A stretch of DNA of 64,000 bases. Origin: Octopus vulgaris. Its lineage: Eukaryota. The translations under genes were made by a program, and so were the position numbers. The stretch's first letter is position 1, and each line of letters starts with the position of its first letter. Below are positions 30,381-41,850 of the stretch, in pieces. Location of the stretch: assembly GCA_951406725.2 (NCBI GenBank), contig OX597817.1:14260001-14324000 (forward strand), read 5' to 3'. The notes under the pieces are model-generated. The model searched no databases. It saw nothing but the letters and a program-made list of their open reading frames with translations, and was not told the DNA's origin.

Positions 30381-30605
30381 TTATATGTTTGTGTGTCTGT
30401 GTTTGTTCCCCCCACCACCAACATCACTTGACAACCGATGCTAGCGTGTTTACGTCCCCGTCACTCAGCGGTTCGGTAAAAGAAACCGATAGAATAAGTA
30501 CTAGGCTTACAAAGAATAAGTCCTAGGGTCGATTTGCTCGACTAAAGGCGGTGCTCCAGCATGTCCACAGTCAAATGACTGAAACAAGTAAAAGAGTAAA
30601 AGAGT
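30175..30605 (+). mobile_element. SINE family A
   Basis: Homology. Confidence 0.9.
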
Positions 30606-30725
30606 ATATATATATATATATATAAATGAGGGTGAAAAATTTGATATTAATTTAATAATACCATCAATTTAACACAAAGTGGCTTAGCACATAAAAACCA
30701 GGGATACAATACAAATTTATACATA

Positions 30726-30995
30726 AATATGAGAGAGCGACCACTATGTGGTCTACTCTAGTGCTAAAAATAGATCCACTATGGTATAGCCACTAAAAAA
30801 TTGTTTCAAGGAGAAATAACATAACATTTAACGTGAGGCAAGTGAAAAATAACGAAAAATCTATTTTTTCGTTATTTTTCACTTGCCCCGTTAAATGTTA
30901 TGTTATTTCTCCTTGGAAACAATTTTTTAGTGGCTATACCATAGTGGATCTATTTTTAGCACTAGAGTAGACCACATAGTGGTCGCTCTCTCATA

Positions 30996-30997
<2 letters not shown>
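30726..30997. repeat. ~270-bp near-perfect palindrome between (TA)n tracts
   Basis: aatatgagagagcgaccactatgtgg... / ...ccacatagtggtcgctctctcatatt, centre ~30862. Confidence 0.9.
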
Positions 30998-31032
<35 letters not shown>

Positions 31033-31430
31033 AACTTTTGTTTCATTATTTCTGCTTTTATGCTTTACCGTTATGAAACTGGAGGCTGTGTAAATATCAT
31101 TAAATTATTCACATTATTTACAACAGGAATGAAACTGTCATCACGTGTGGGCGAAACTTTCTCCACACTCAAACAGAGAATTTACTAATTTGCTAACTTT
31201 AAAATTGATGCCTGGCCCTACCAAATATGAAAATCTTAGTGGGAACGGGGATTATATTGTCAAACCAATAAGTGATTTTGATTTACTCACTTAAAAACCT
31301 AGCTTCCTCGTTTCGGACCGTGTGCCAATTATGACAGGATCTCAAAAAAAAGGAGGACATGTTGCTTCAATCAAAAAAGGACTTGGAACAATTGTGTGTC
31401 GACGTTCTATTTATCAATAATACTAGCATA

Positions 31431-31815
31431 CTAGCAGTATCCCCCGGCGTTGCTCAGGTTTGTTTTGACCCTCTAGAATTGGAATTTTTGAAAAGTAAAA
31501 ATTTTTCATTATGTAGCTTGTTATTCTCTTTAAGTGAACATTTTTCTGGTTGAAATACACCGGAAAATGGCGACACAGCAGTCAAAAGATCGTAAAAAAT
31601 AAGGATTTTCATAGAAAAAAAAGCACCTTTTTGATGAAAATAATCTTTGGTGTTAATATGGTCCGATTTGAATGTTTTCTTCTACGGAAGGAAGAGCAAG
31701 CCCTCTTCTATCATACTCTCAATTTTGGTCAACTTGCGCCGCAGGGTCTCGGAGGAGATAGTGTTAGTTGAAGGCTACCAAACCTGCCATACACAGACAA
31801 CTTCAGCTTCATATA
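31431..31815 (-). mobile_element. Non-autonomous Helitron
   Basis: Minus-strand 3' end 'cctgagcaacgccggggga tactgCTAG' has the hairpin plus CTAG. Same 3' end as 31816-32214. Confidence 0.75.
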
Positions 31816-32214
31816 TCTTTATATATAAAAGAGAAGTTGTGTGTCTGTCTCCTACGATTTAGATTCCTAACTACTCCCACATTTTGCGGTGCAGTTTAAC
31901 CAAAACCGGGTATCTTATAGTCGTGATTCATATCGAGCCCTTCTGGGTATTAGCGCGCGTCTACGATGAGTCTACGAGTTAAAAAAAAATTTACCATCAT
32001 TTTTTTCCATTTTAATGCATTTTTTTCGCTATTATATAAGGGAAGTAACTCTCTAAAAATGTCTACGATGAGTCAACGATTTAAAAAAAATTTACCATCA
32101 TTTTTTTTTCCATTTTTAATGCATTTGTTTGCTATTTTTTGGCTATAACTCTCTAAAAATGCTTATATAGTTATTTCCCTTACAAACCCGAGCAACGCCG
32201 GGCGATACTACTAG
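31816..32214 (+). mobile_element. Non-autonomous Helitron
   Basis: Starts A|TCTTTATATATAAAAG and ends with hairpin 'cccgagcaacgccggg' plus CTAG|T. Internal ~90-bp duplication. Confidence 0.8.
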
Positions 32215-33013
32215 TATATATATATATCGCACAATATCTCAATTAGAATGAACACCATGAGGAGATGGTGATAAAATGCATTCATAAAAATTGGAAACTG
32301 AACAATAGAGAATTTAAAGAAATTCTGAAGGACCTCGAAGTGGAATAATATATTTTTTTACTACCATTGTGAGGTTCCTTGGCTAAGCGAACGGCGGTAT
32401 GGGCAGCTTTGACTCATTACAGTATTGTTCGAAACTGAACTGCTCGAAGCTCAGCCTAACATTCCTTACATTAAATTATACCAAAACGACTAGTGTGAAG
32501 ATTTAAAGATAATAATTTCATGAACCATCTTAGGAATACCGCATCATCAGTTCCGTGTATTATCTGACATTTTGAAAGCACAGCAGAAACAAACTTCTAA
32601 TTAAAAAGTAAGACATGGAGTTGCATTAAGTTTAAAACACTATTCTCAGTGGTATTTTAGTAGTTAAAGCAACATACCCATGTAATTAGTTAATGCGTTG
32701 TTAAATTTTAATTAATGTTTCTTAGTGGAAACCCATGCATTAAAATGTTACAAAATTTTTATTTCTTCTAAAGATTTCCTTAAGTTAACAGGAGACGGAG
32801 TGAAAAATCGGAAAAGTGAAAATTTACGTCTGTGTCTTCAGTTAATTTGTTTACTATCAGAGAATTTCGTTTAGTGAATTCATCTTTGTTTGGAAGCGGG
32901 TGGCTTAGTGGTTAGGGTGTTGGATTCGTGATCGTAAGACTGTGGTTTCTATTCCTGGACCGGGTGAAGCGTTGTGTTCTTGAGCATACATACGCATACT
33001 TATTTATGTACAT

Positions 33014-33424
33014 AGGCGCAGGAGTGGCTGTGTGGTAAGTAGCTTGTTTACCGACCACATGGTTCCGGGTTCAGTCCCACTGCGTGGCATCTTGGGCAAG
33101 TGTCGTTTGCTATGGCCTCGGGCCGACCAAAGCCTTGTGAGTGGATTTGGTAGACGGAAACTGAAAGAAGCCTGTCGTATATATGTATATATATATATAT
33201 ATGTATGTGTGTATATGTGTTTGTGTGTCTGTGTTTGTCCCCCTAGCATTGCTTGCAAACCGATGCTGGTGTGTTTATGTCCCCGTTACTTAGCGGTTCG
33301 GCAAAAGAGACCGATAGAATAAGTACTGGGCTTACAAAAGAATAATTCCTGGGGTTGAGTTGCTCGATTAAAGGCGGTGCTCCAGCATGGCCGCAGTCAA
33401 ATGACTGAAGCAAGTAATAGAGTA
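33014..33424 (+). mobile_element. SINE family A
   Basis: Full-length copy. Confidence 0.9.
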
Positions 33425-33579
33425 TCTATGCATGGCCATACGTAGGCATGTGTGTGTGAGTGCATGAATGTGTGTGTGTGTACGCGTATTTGTCTATATT
33501 TTTTTAGATAGATAAAAATCATTTTATCGTATGTAACATATAAGCCTATTTGTGTGTGTATGTGTGTGTGTGTGCGCGC

Positions 33580-33667
<88 letters not shown>

Positions 33668-33947
33668 TTGATAAATATAATTTACGAAAACTTAAAATAC
33701 TGTTGACTTCAGAGCTCACTACTGTTCGCCTCTGACTGTCACTCACAGCCACTCCCTTTCTCGTTTCATTCTTCTTTCCCTAGTTTCTTTGGAGCAGGGC
33801 CCCGTAAAATGTCGTCTGTCTGCTTTAGCATCTGTGACTGCCACCCACTGCCACTTCGCCTATTGTTTTACTATTCTTTCCCCACAGCGTACAGCGTGAC
33901 TGACAGGACAATACTAAGCGTTTTATTACATTAGAAGATAAAATAAT

Positions 33948-34019
<72 letters not shown>

Positions 34020-34137
34020 AGTTAAAAAACGTATAGTAAATGCACAAACGAACGGGAAACAGACATAGATTGGTAAGTTGAAAAATAGTTGAAAACATAT
34101 ACCGGCCAGAGTGTCAAACGCAATTTCGCGCCTTTAA

Positions 34138-34171
<34 letters not shown>

Positions 34172-34326
34172 CATAAGGGACTAAAGCCATCTGAATATGG
34201 CTAGGGACAGGGCAGGGTGGTGGGGGTGTTACTGTTGCATTTAGCCCCAGGCGAACATCGACGTCACCAGAAAGGCTCGACACCGTCACGGTGCCCTTAA
34301 CCTGCAAAGGGAGGTAATTCCCCGAT

Positions 34327-34400
34327 GAAGCGGAAACCACACACGGACCATGGTTTCAAGGTGTATTGCCTATCATCGGCGTGTGGTAGGCCTCCGCTTC
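34327..34400 (-). ncRNA. Type I hammerhead motif (inverted copy)
   Basis: Reverse complement of 34625-34698. Confidence 0.75.
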
Positions 34401-34624
34401 CTCGACGAATTCTCACTCTGCTGAAATGCAACAGTAACACCCCACCACCCTGCCCTGTCCCTAGCCATATTCAGATGGCTTTAGTCCCTTATGTTATCGA
34501 GCAGTTACTGTCTATATCCCTTTTAGAGAATTATTATTGCTTTCGAACAGATTTTCGAAATCAGCAAATGTATTTTGCTTGAAAATCTATATAAGAAAAT
34601 CCTGCAGAGTGAGAATTCGTCGAG

Positions 34625-34698
34625 GAAGCGGAGGCCTACCACACGCCGATGATAGGCAATACACCTTGAAACCATGGTCCGTGTGTGGTTTCCGCTTC
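34625..34698 (+). ncRNA. Type I hammerhead motif, U4C core variant
   Basis: gaagcgga-ggcct-accacacg-CCGATGA-t-agg-caataca-cct-t-GAAA-ccatgg-TC-cgtgtgtggt-t-tccgcttc. Extended helix I, palindromic helix III, GUC site with predicted cut after 34679. Confidence 0.78.
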
Positions 34699-34983
34699 AT
34701 CGGGGAATTACCTCCTTTGCAGGTTAAGGGCACCGTGACGGTGTCGAGCCTTTCTGGTGACGTCGATGTTCGCCTGGGGCTAAATGCAACAGTAACACCC
34801 CCACCACCCTGCCCTGTCCCTAGCCATATTCAGATGGCTTTAGTCCCTTATGTTATCGAGCAGTTACTGTCTATATCCCTTTTAGAGAATTATTATTGCT
34901 TTCGAACAGATTTTCGAAGTCAGCAAATGTATTTTGCTTGAAAATCTATATAAGAAAATCCTGCAGAGTGAGAATTCGTCGAG

Positions 34984-35057
34984 GAAGCGGAGGCCTACCA
35001 CACGCCGATGATAGGCAATACACCTTGAAACCATGGTCCGTGTGTGGTTTCCGCTTC
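34984..35057 (+). ncRNA. Type I hammerhead motif, U4C core variant
   Basis: Identical to 34625-34698. Predicted cut after 35038, 359 nt downstream of the previous site. Confidence 0.78.
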
Positions 35058-35252
35058 ATCGGGGAATTACCTCCCTTTGCAGGTTAAGGGCACCGTGACG
35101 GTGTCGAGCCTTTCTGGTGACGTCGATGTTCGCCTGGGGCTAAATGCAACAGTAACACCCCCACCACCCTGCCCTGTCCCTAGCCATATTCAGATGGCTT
35201 TAGTCCCTTATGTTATCGAGCAGTTACTGTCTATATCCCTTTTAGAGAATTA

Positions 35253-35299
<47 letters not shown>

Positions 35300-35302
<3 letters not shown>

Positions 35303-35522
35303 TAATAAATAAAATATATGCATACATACAAACATATATGTACGTACCTACATCTACATGTACATATACATGCATATATAAATATATACGTGTGTACAGG
35401 ACACCACAACTAGACGTAGAATTCAACGAGAAACGAAAACGGAAAAACAAGCATGGAACAAACCATTTTTTTACAACAGAAAAACAGAGTACAAGACAAA
35501 CTACACAAGGAAAAATCTCCTT
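35300..35522 (-). repeat. Interspersed (TA)n-flanked repeat family, also at 58887-59098 (+) and related at 6100-6248
   Basis: Shared 'gtcctgtac...atatgcatgtatat..acatgtagatgtaggtacgtacatatatgtttgtatg'. Confidence 0.65.
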
Positions 35523-36158
35523 ATATATATATATGCTCTGGCTATATAACTATATTCATCTGTGCGCCCATCATGAACAGATTAAGTCCTTCTCGGAACC
35601 AAAAAACTAAAGTCCGAGAAAACAAGTAATAATTGCTTCAGCAAAAATAACAGCTGATAAAATTTGTGAAAATAAGATAATTTCGTGTGCTACGAGAAGT
35701 GAATTCATTCGTTTCTAGAAAAGAAACTGTTGCTTGTGTCACAAGGGATATAGCGAGTTATTAATATGGACAGAAACAATTCTGGACAAAGTCCTGTCAT
35801 AATTTATTACGCATTGTCTGATGGTTCGCTATATCATACATTATTTCAGTAGCAATTCTTTGATAACTTTTGTTCAAAATCTATAATAATAAATATTACA
35901 ACAGTGACCCAATCATTTGATCAATACAGAAACGCACTTTATCAATACAGCTTTCAAGTGAGATGGTGATCGTCAAACATGTTTTTAATTTCGTGATTAA
36001 ATATTACTTCGATCTACTTTTCATATATCCCAGACAAAGCTACTTGAAACTTCTTTCATTTTGTCCTCGGCGTGACGGTTTTCGCAGAGCTGTTAAGCTG
36101 AATAACAAGCTTTTGATATTTTGTTAATGAAATAATTCCCCCTCTCTCTCTCTCTCTC

Positions 36159-36200
<42 letters not shown>

Positions 36201-36515
36201 ACTCTCTCGTGAAAAGTGTATATTTGTGGGTGAGAATTATGAGCTTTTTAATACGAAAAATGTTTAATCAGCTTATGGCAATAAAATGTATTTGAAACCA
36301 CAATAAATATTTGACTATAAATTATGCTTGAAGATGTATTAAACATAGATTATAAACGAAAAATAAAATAATTATTTAAGCGTATATTATATTCTTAAAG
36401 TAAATTTTGGAACTATTTGAAAAATGACTTCGCTTTCTCGCACTTCATCTTGTTATCTCTCTCTTGACAAAAACACAAACCATTATATTGACTCGAGCTA
36501 ACGAGTTTCGCTCCT

Positions 36516-37451
36516 TTAACCCTTCGTGTGCCGGCAGGATTCCTTGGGGCCCGAGCAAATTTTAAAAGTTAAGCAACTTTTACATTTTTTATTTAAATGC
36601 TTTTATATCGAGAGTTACACAAATGCCAGAACTGGGCGCCACTGCATAGTGCCAAGGACTCCAAATTTGCCATCAAGATGTAGGACAAGATACTGTGATA
36701 GCCTGGGCTTCCGAGGCCCACAGCTCTTCAATATCCTCCCGAAGAACCTAAGAGACCTGCAGGTGGATGCAGATGTCTTTAAAATAAAACTGGATCTCTT
36801 CTTGTCAGGTGTCCCAGATGAACCAACTTCACGGCAGGAGGTGCAGATGAGGGCAGCTGCATCGAACTCTCTCATGCACCAAATGGCAATTGCTAAAAAG
36901 CATTCGTGAAGTAAAATCATGTAGCAACACCAAATGGCGGTGCCCCAGCATGGCCACAACTTGTGAGCTGAAACTAGATAAAAATAAAATAAAAATAAAT
37001 AAATATCACATGACTTTTATTGTCAATAATTTATGTATGCACATACAAATTTTGAGTTTAAAATTTCCAGTCATATGGATGTTATAGCATAGAATATGGT
37101 CATTAGGGTCCAACTGGACCCATTGGCCTTCTGTGGAATTTTTTTTTCTGTTCTTTTTTCAGATATTCTGATGAACTGTAAGTCAATTTTCTTCGTATTT
37201 GTACTGGTATGAATCGATATGCTTTTTTTCTTTTATTCTTTCTGTTTATTTTATACTTAATACTATATGTATAGTTTAAAAAACTATTTTTACAAAAGTG
37301 CTAAATTTCTTGTTCTGTATCATGCACTCACACATATAAATAAGATTAAACAAATATTACTTTATGGATAGTGCCGAAATGCGCGAAAATACAAGGGGGC
37401 CCCCAATAGCCCTTTATGTAATTCTAACCCCGCCGGCCCACGAAGGGTTAA
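36516..37451. mobile_element. piggyBac-type non-autonomous element with TTAA TSD, carrying a CR1 3' insertion
   Basis: TTAA|CCCTTCGTGTGCCGGCAGG ... CCCGCCGGCCCACGAAGGG|TTAA. Confidence 0.85.
36614..37002 (+). mobile_element. CR1-group LINE 3' end (5'-truncated) with (TAAAA)n tail
   Basis: 'RGPQLFNILPKNLRDL...FKIKLDLFLSGVPDEP' is the typical CR1 ORF2 C-terminus. Confidence 0.8.
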
Positions 37452-38234
37452 GTAATCGCCCCGCACTGTCTTAAGAAAATAATACCCTAGAAAATGTAAC
37501 ACAGCACAAAGAAGTTAACTCGATTCAAATTGAGACTAATCAGAATTCACTTGAAGCTCACCAGCTTTGAGAGATAAGTGTTTTTCATCTTGAATTAATA
37601 AGTCAAGATAAGGATATGTGGGAATGCGTGAATATATGTGTGTGTGAACATATATGGAAATGTGCGTATTTAGAAATAACTATAAGTTATGTACACCCAT
37701 TGAAAATGGGCGCGGCTGTTTGGCTAAGAAGTTTTATTGGCACCCACATATTTCGAGTTTCGTTCCCACTTCATGGCACTAGCATCAAAGCAGCGACCTG
37801 GCAGAAGCGTTAGCATACCGGGCAAGAATGCTTACTAGCATTACATCCGTCTTACGGTCTGAGTTCGAATTCCGACGAGGTCGACTTTGTCTTTCATTTT
37901 TTTTTTCTTTTTTTTTTTTGGTGGGGGGGTCTATAAAATAAGTACCAGCTTAGCACTGGGGTCCATGTAATCGACTTACCCCTCCTCCAGAGTTGCTGAA
38001 CCTGTGCCAAAATTTGAAACCAATATAATTTACTATATACCATCGAAGACGGTACTCCAGTAAAAGAACGAAATAATTAATTTTCTCTTTCTACAGATGT
38101 ACCTTCATTAGTACGCATTCATTAGTAATTTGCTTTGATGCAAACAAGGTACACGTATGCACATCTGGTATCCTCACTTTTAAAAATAAAAGGAATTTTT
38201 ACAACAAGTAACAAGAAATCACTATTATATCATA

Positions 38235-38616
38235 CTAGCAGTATCGCCCGGCGTTGCTCAGGTTTGTAAGGGAAATAACTATAAAGCATTTTTAGAGAGT
38301 TATAGCCAAAAAATAGCAAAAAAATGGAAAAAAATGATGGTAAATTTTTTTTTAGTTAAAAAAGGTGGAGTTGCGTCCCCTAGACAGTTTGCGGTTTGTG
38401 TTTCTGATTCTCGACCCCATGTCGAATTTATCGATTTTTTTCAGAACTGGGGGAACTTTTCAAAATTTTCGCTGCGTTAGTTTTGAATTATGATATTGGG
38501 CTATGTGTGTGTCAAGTTTCATCAGAATCGGTTGAAAGCCGTGGTCAGGGTGAGGGTACAAGCAAACAGACACACAGAAACACGCACAGACAAACTGCCG
38601 TTTATATAGAGAGAGA
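38235..38616 (-). mobile_element. Non-autonomous Helitron
   Basis: Same hairpin+CTAG 3' end as 32214. Minus strand starts TCTCTC..TATATAAACGGCAG. Confidence 0.75.
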
Positions 38617-38651
38617 TATAAAAATTATTTGAATATTCATTTATCAATTTC

Positions 38652-39053
38652 GGATCTTTGCACTTTGACCGGCAGATTTAAAAAAATGATTTTTTGTAAC
38701 TAAGCACTTTTAAACTTCGTATACTGGTAGAATGTGTCACATAAAACATCTTTTTCTCTTGGCGTTCTTGAAAAAATTCTGTAGTTTGTAAGCTGTTTGT
38801 TGTTAAATTTCTCGTATTTCGGCAATTTCAACCAATCAATGACGTCTATTGAGGTGAATATAATTACTGCTGCTGTTTATCAACAAGAAGTTCCGGTGAT
38901 GTATATTTCGTTTGTCACTGTCTACAGAATTTTCTCAAGAACGCCAAGAGAAAAACATGTTTTATGCGACACATTCTACCAGTATACGAAGTTTAAAAGT
39001 GTTTTGTTACAAAAAATTATTTTATAAATCTGCCGGTCAAAGTGAAAAGATCC
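38652..39053. mobile_element. MITE with ~130-bp terminal inverted repeats and ~8-bp TSD
   Basis: GGATCTTT..ACTTTGACCGGCAGATTT...ctgtag / ctacag...AAATCTGCCGGTCAAAGTG..AAGATCC. Flanks tcaatttc / tcaattcc. Partial relative at 45165-45427. Confidence 0.85.
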
Positions 39054-39269
39054 TCAATTCCTATTTCATTGACATAAGAACGCCTAATAGTTATTTGCAT
39101 TTATCTCGTTATATTACTGGTATTTAACCCATGAATAAAGCTAAATGTCAAACTTGATGAGAATGAGAAAAAACGTGAAATCAAAGCTGTGAACCACGCG
39201 ATTAGTTACAACAAAACAAATAATTCGTTTCTCTGTCATGTAGGCCATATTCTTCATTTTCTATTATGG

Positions 39270-39648
39270 AAGCACTCCGTCGGTTACGACGACGAGGGTT
39301 CCAGTTGATCCGATCAACGGAACAGCCTGCTCGTGAAATTAACGGGTAAGTGGCTGAGCACTCCACAGACACGTGTACCCTTAACGTAGTTCTCGGGGAT
39401 ATTCAGCGTGACACAGAGAGTGACAAGGCCAGCCCTTTGAAATACAGGTACAACAGAAACAGGAAGTAAGAGTGAGAGAAAGTTGTGGTGAAAGAGTACA
39501 GCAGGGATCACCACCATCCCCTGCCGGAGCCTCGTGGAGCTTTAGGTGTTTTCGCTCAATAAACACTCACAACGCCCGGTCTGGGAATCGAAACCGCGAT
39601 CCTACGACCGCGAGTCCGCTGTCCTAACCACTGGGCCATCGCGCCTCC
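39270..39648 (-). mobile_element. SINE family C with TSD
   Basis: Near-identical to 12117-12492. cattttctatt on both flanks. Confidence 0.9.
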
Positions 39649-39889
39649 ATTTTCTATTGTAATACTTTTAATTCGTAATATAGACACAATTTGTAATATA
39701 GACACTATTTGTAAAGAGGGAATAACCGATTATATCGATATCGGTACATCAAAGGGTACCTTATCATATCGCACCCAAAGAGACTGAAAGCAATGTTGAT
39801 CTTGAAAGCGTTTGAAATTAAATTTTTAAACTAGATTTTTTAAGTTTTGCATTTTCGTCTTAGAACTTAATTAATACAATATAGTATAC

Positions 39890-41850
39890 TATACGTTCTA
39901 ATTTTGGCGCAAGGCTAGCAGTTTTGAAGGGAGCTGGGTAGTCGTTTACATCGACCCATTATTTGACTGGTACTTATTTTATCGACCTCAGAAGGAAGAA
40001 AGGCAAAGTCGATCTTAGTGGAATTTGAACTCAGAATGTAATGAGCCAGAAGAGATACCTATTTCTTTACTACCCACAAGGGGCTAAACACAAAGAGGAC
40101 AAACGAGGACAGACAAACGGATTAAGTCGATTATATCAACCCCACTGTGTAACTGGTACTTATTTAATCGACCCCGAAAGGATGAAAGGCAAAGTTGACC
40201 TCGGTGGAATTTGAACTCAGAACGTAGCGGCAGATGAAATACCGCTAAGCATTTCGCCCGGCGTGCTAACGTTTCTGCCAGCTCGCCGCCTTATATTCAT
40301 AACATAATGTAATTCTTTCTTCTACGAGTACATGACCTGAAATTTTTGTGGTTGACGGGTAGTCGTTTACATGAACCTCATTACTCAACTTATTTTATCG
40401 ACCATGAAAGATGAAAGATGACGCCGACCTCGGTAGAATTTGAACTCAGAATGTAATGAACCAGAAGAAATGCTACTAAACATTTTGTCCGTCATACTAA
40501 TCGTTCTGCCAGCTCGCCGACTTATGTTTATAATATTTTATAACATAACTCATTAAGATATTAGTAAATCATATCTATAATGAGGATATTTTACACGCAT
40601 TCAAATAATACTCTTAATAATCCAGCTATTAATCCACATCAGCTAATAATATATCTACTCCCAAATGGCGGCGAGCTGGCAGAAACGTTAGCACGCCGGG
40701 CGAAATGCTTAGTAGTATTTCGTCTGTCTTTACGTTCTGAGTTCAAATTCCGCCGAGGTCGACTTTGCCTTTCATCCTTTCGGGGTCGATTAAATAAGTA
40801 CCAGTTACGCACTGGGGTCGATATAATAGACTTAGTCCGTTTGTCTGTCCTTGTTTTCCTCTCTGTGTTTAGCCCCTTGTGGGTAGTAAAGAAATAGGTA
40901 TTTCGCCCTTCTTTACGTTCTGAGTTCAAATTCTGCCAAGGTCGACTTTGCCTTTCATTCTTTCGAAGTCGATAAAATAAGAATCAGTTGAGTATTGGGG
41001 TCGATATAAATTGAGTATTGGGGTCGATATAAAACTTCAAGCCAAAAGGCAAACTGTTTCAAAAGTGTCTTATCAAAATGCTACCGTATTCAACCATAAG
41101 TAACAGTGAAATCATTATAATTCAGCAATTATTTAGCTCCTCAGCCAAGGAACGTAACTAAATACAGTAAAGTATTTAGTCCGATACTCTACCGAATCTT
41201 CTTCGGTCATCCTTATCTCCCAGTGATAATGGTTTCAAATTTTGGCACAAGGTCAGCAATTTCGGGTGTGGGAGTAAGTCAATTACATCAACCCCAATGT
41301 TCACCTAGTACTTATTTAATCGACCCCAAAAGGATGAAAAGCAAAGTCGACCTCGGCAGAATTTGAACTCAGAGCGTAAAGACGGCCGAAAATGCCACAA
41401 AGCATTTTGCCCGGCGGGCTCACGATGCTGCCAGCTCGCCACCCCATCTCCCAGTCATAATCCTTTATACTAAAGGTACAAGGCCTGAAACTTTGGGAGA
41501 GGGAGTAAGTCGATTATATCGACCCCAGTGTGTAACTGGTACTTATTTCATCGAACTCAAAAGGATGAGAGGCGAAGTCGACCTCGGCAGAATATGAACT
41601 CAGAACACAAGGACAGACGAAATGCGGCAAAGCATATTGTCCGGCGTGCTATCGATTCTACCAGTTCGCAGCCTTTCGTCTCTCATGAATAATAACAACT
41701 TCTAACATGCATGATGCCACGTATTTACAAAGAGGGAGACATGTTTGATTATATCGACTTCAGTAATTGGCTGTTACCTATTTTGTCTACCTTGAAAGGA
41801 TGAAAGGCAATTCGACTCGGGCAAGATTCGAACTCAGAACGTAAAAAGCT
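39890..41850. mobile_element. Dense cluster of about 8 SINE-B copies and fragments in both orientations
   Basis: Repeated 'gaaaggatgaaaggcaaagtcgacctcggcggaatttgaactcagaacgt' and its reverse complement. Confidence 0.85.

Larger units (their letters stand above)
31200..32700 (+). pseudogene. Decayed hAT (Buster/SPIN/ZBED5-like) transposase relic split by two Helitrons
   Basis: Fragments 'DRVPIMTGSQK' (~31315, cf. DGA..MTG), 'KLNNREFKEILKDLEVE' and 'YHCEVPWLS' (~32362, cf. YHTEVRWLS), 'LSDIL' (cf. YL.DIF). Confidence 0.65.
34168..35256. mobile_element. Hammerhead-bearing 359-bp tandem repeat (retrozyme / non-autonomous Penelope-like): inverted partial copy 34168-34421 plus ~2.3 direct copies 34424-35256
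   Basis: Period 359-360 bp (34625 to 34984). Copies differ by only a few nucleotides, each unit has a hammerhead fold, and the array is flanked by (TA)n on both sides. Confidence 0.88.

Noticed and set aside
34322-34360. Second, antisense hammerhead in the repeat unit (CCGATGA agcg GAAA cca...tggTT)
   Set aside because: No helix I can form around it, and it appears to arise from the complement of the extended helix I.
34716-34790. HDV-like ribozyme in the repeat unit (ttgca...ggctaaatgcaa)
   Set aside because: P2 and P3 can be drawn, but there is no P1 partner and L3 lacks the YCC needed for P1.1.
34325-35610. Repeated ORFs in the 359-bp array
   Set aside because: Frames shift between copies through 1-nt indels and there is no recognisable domain. 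The unit is better explained as structured RNA.
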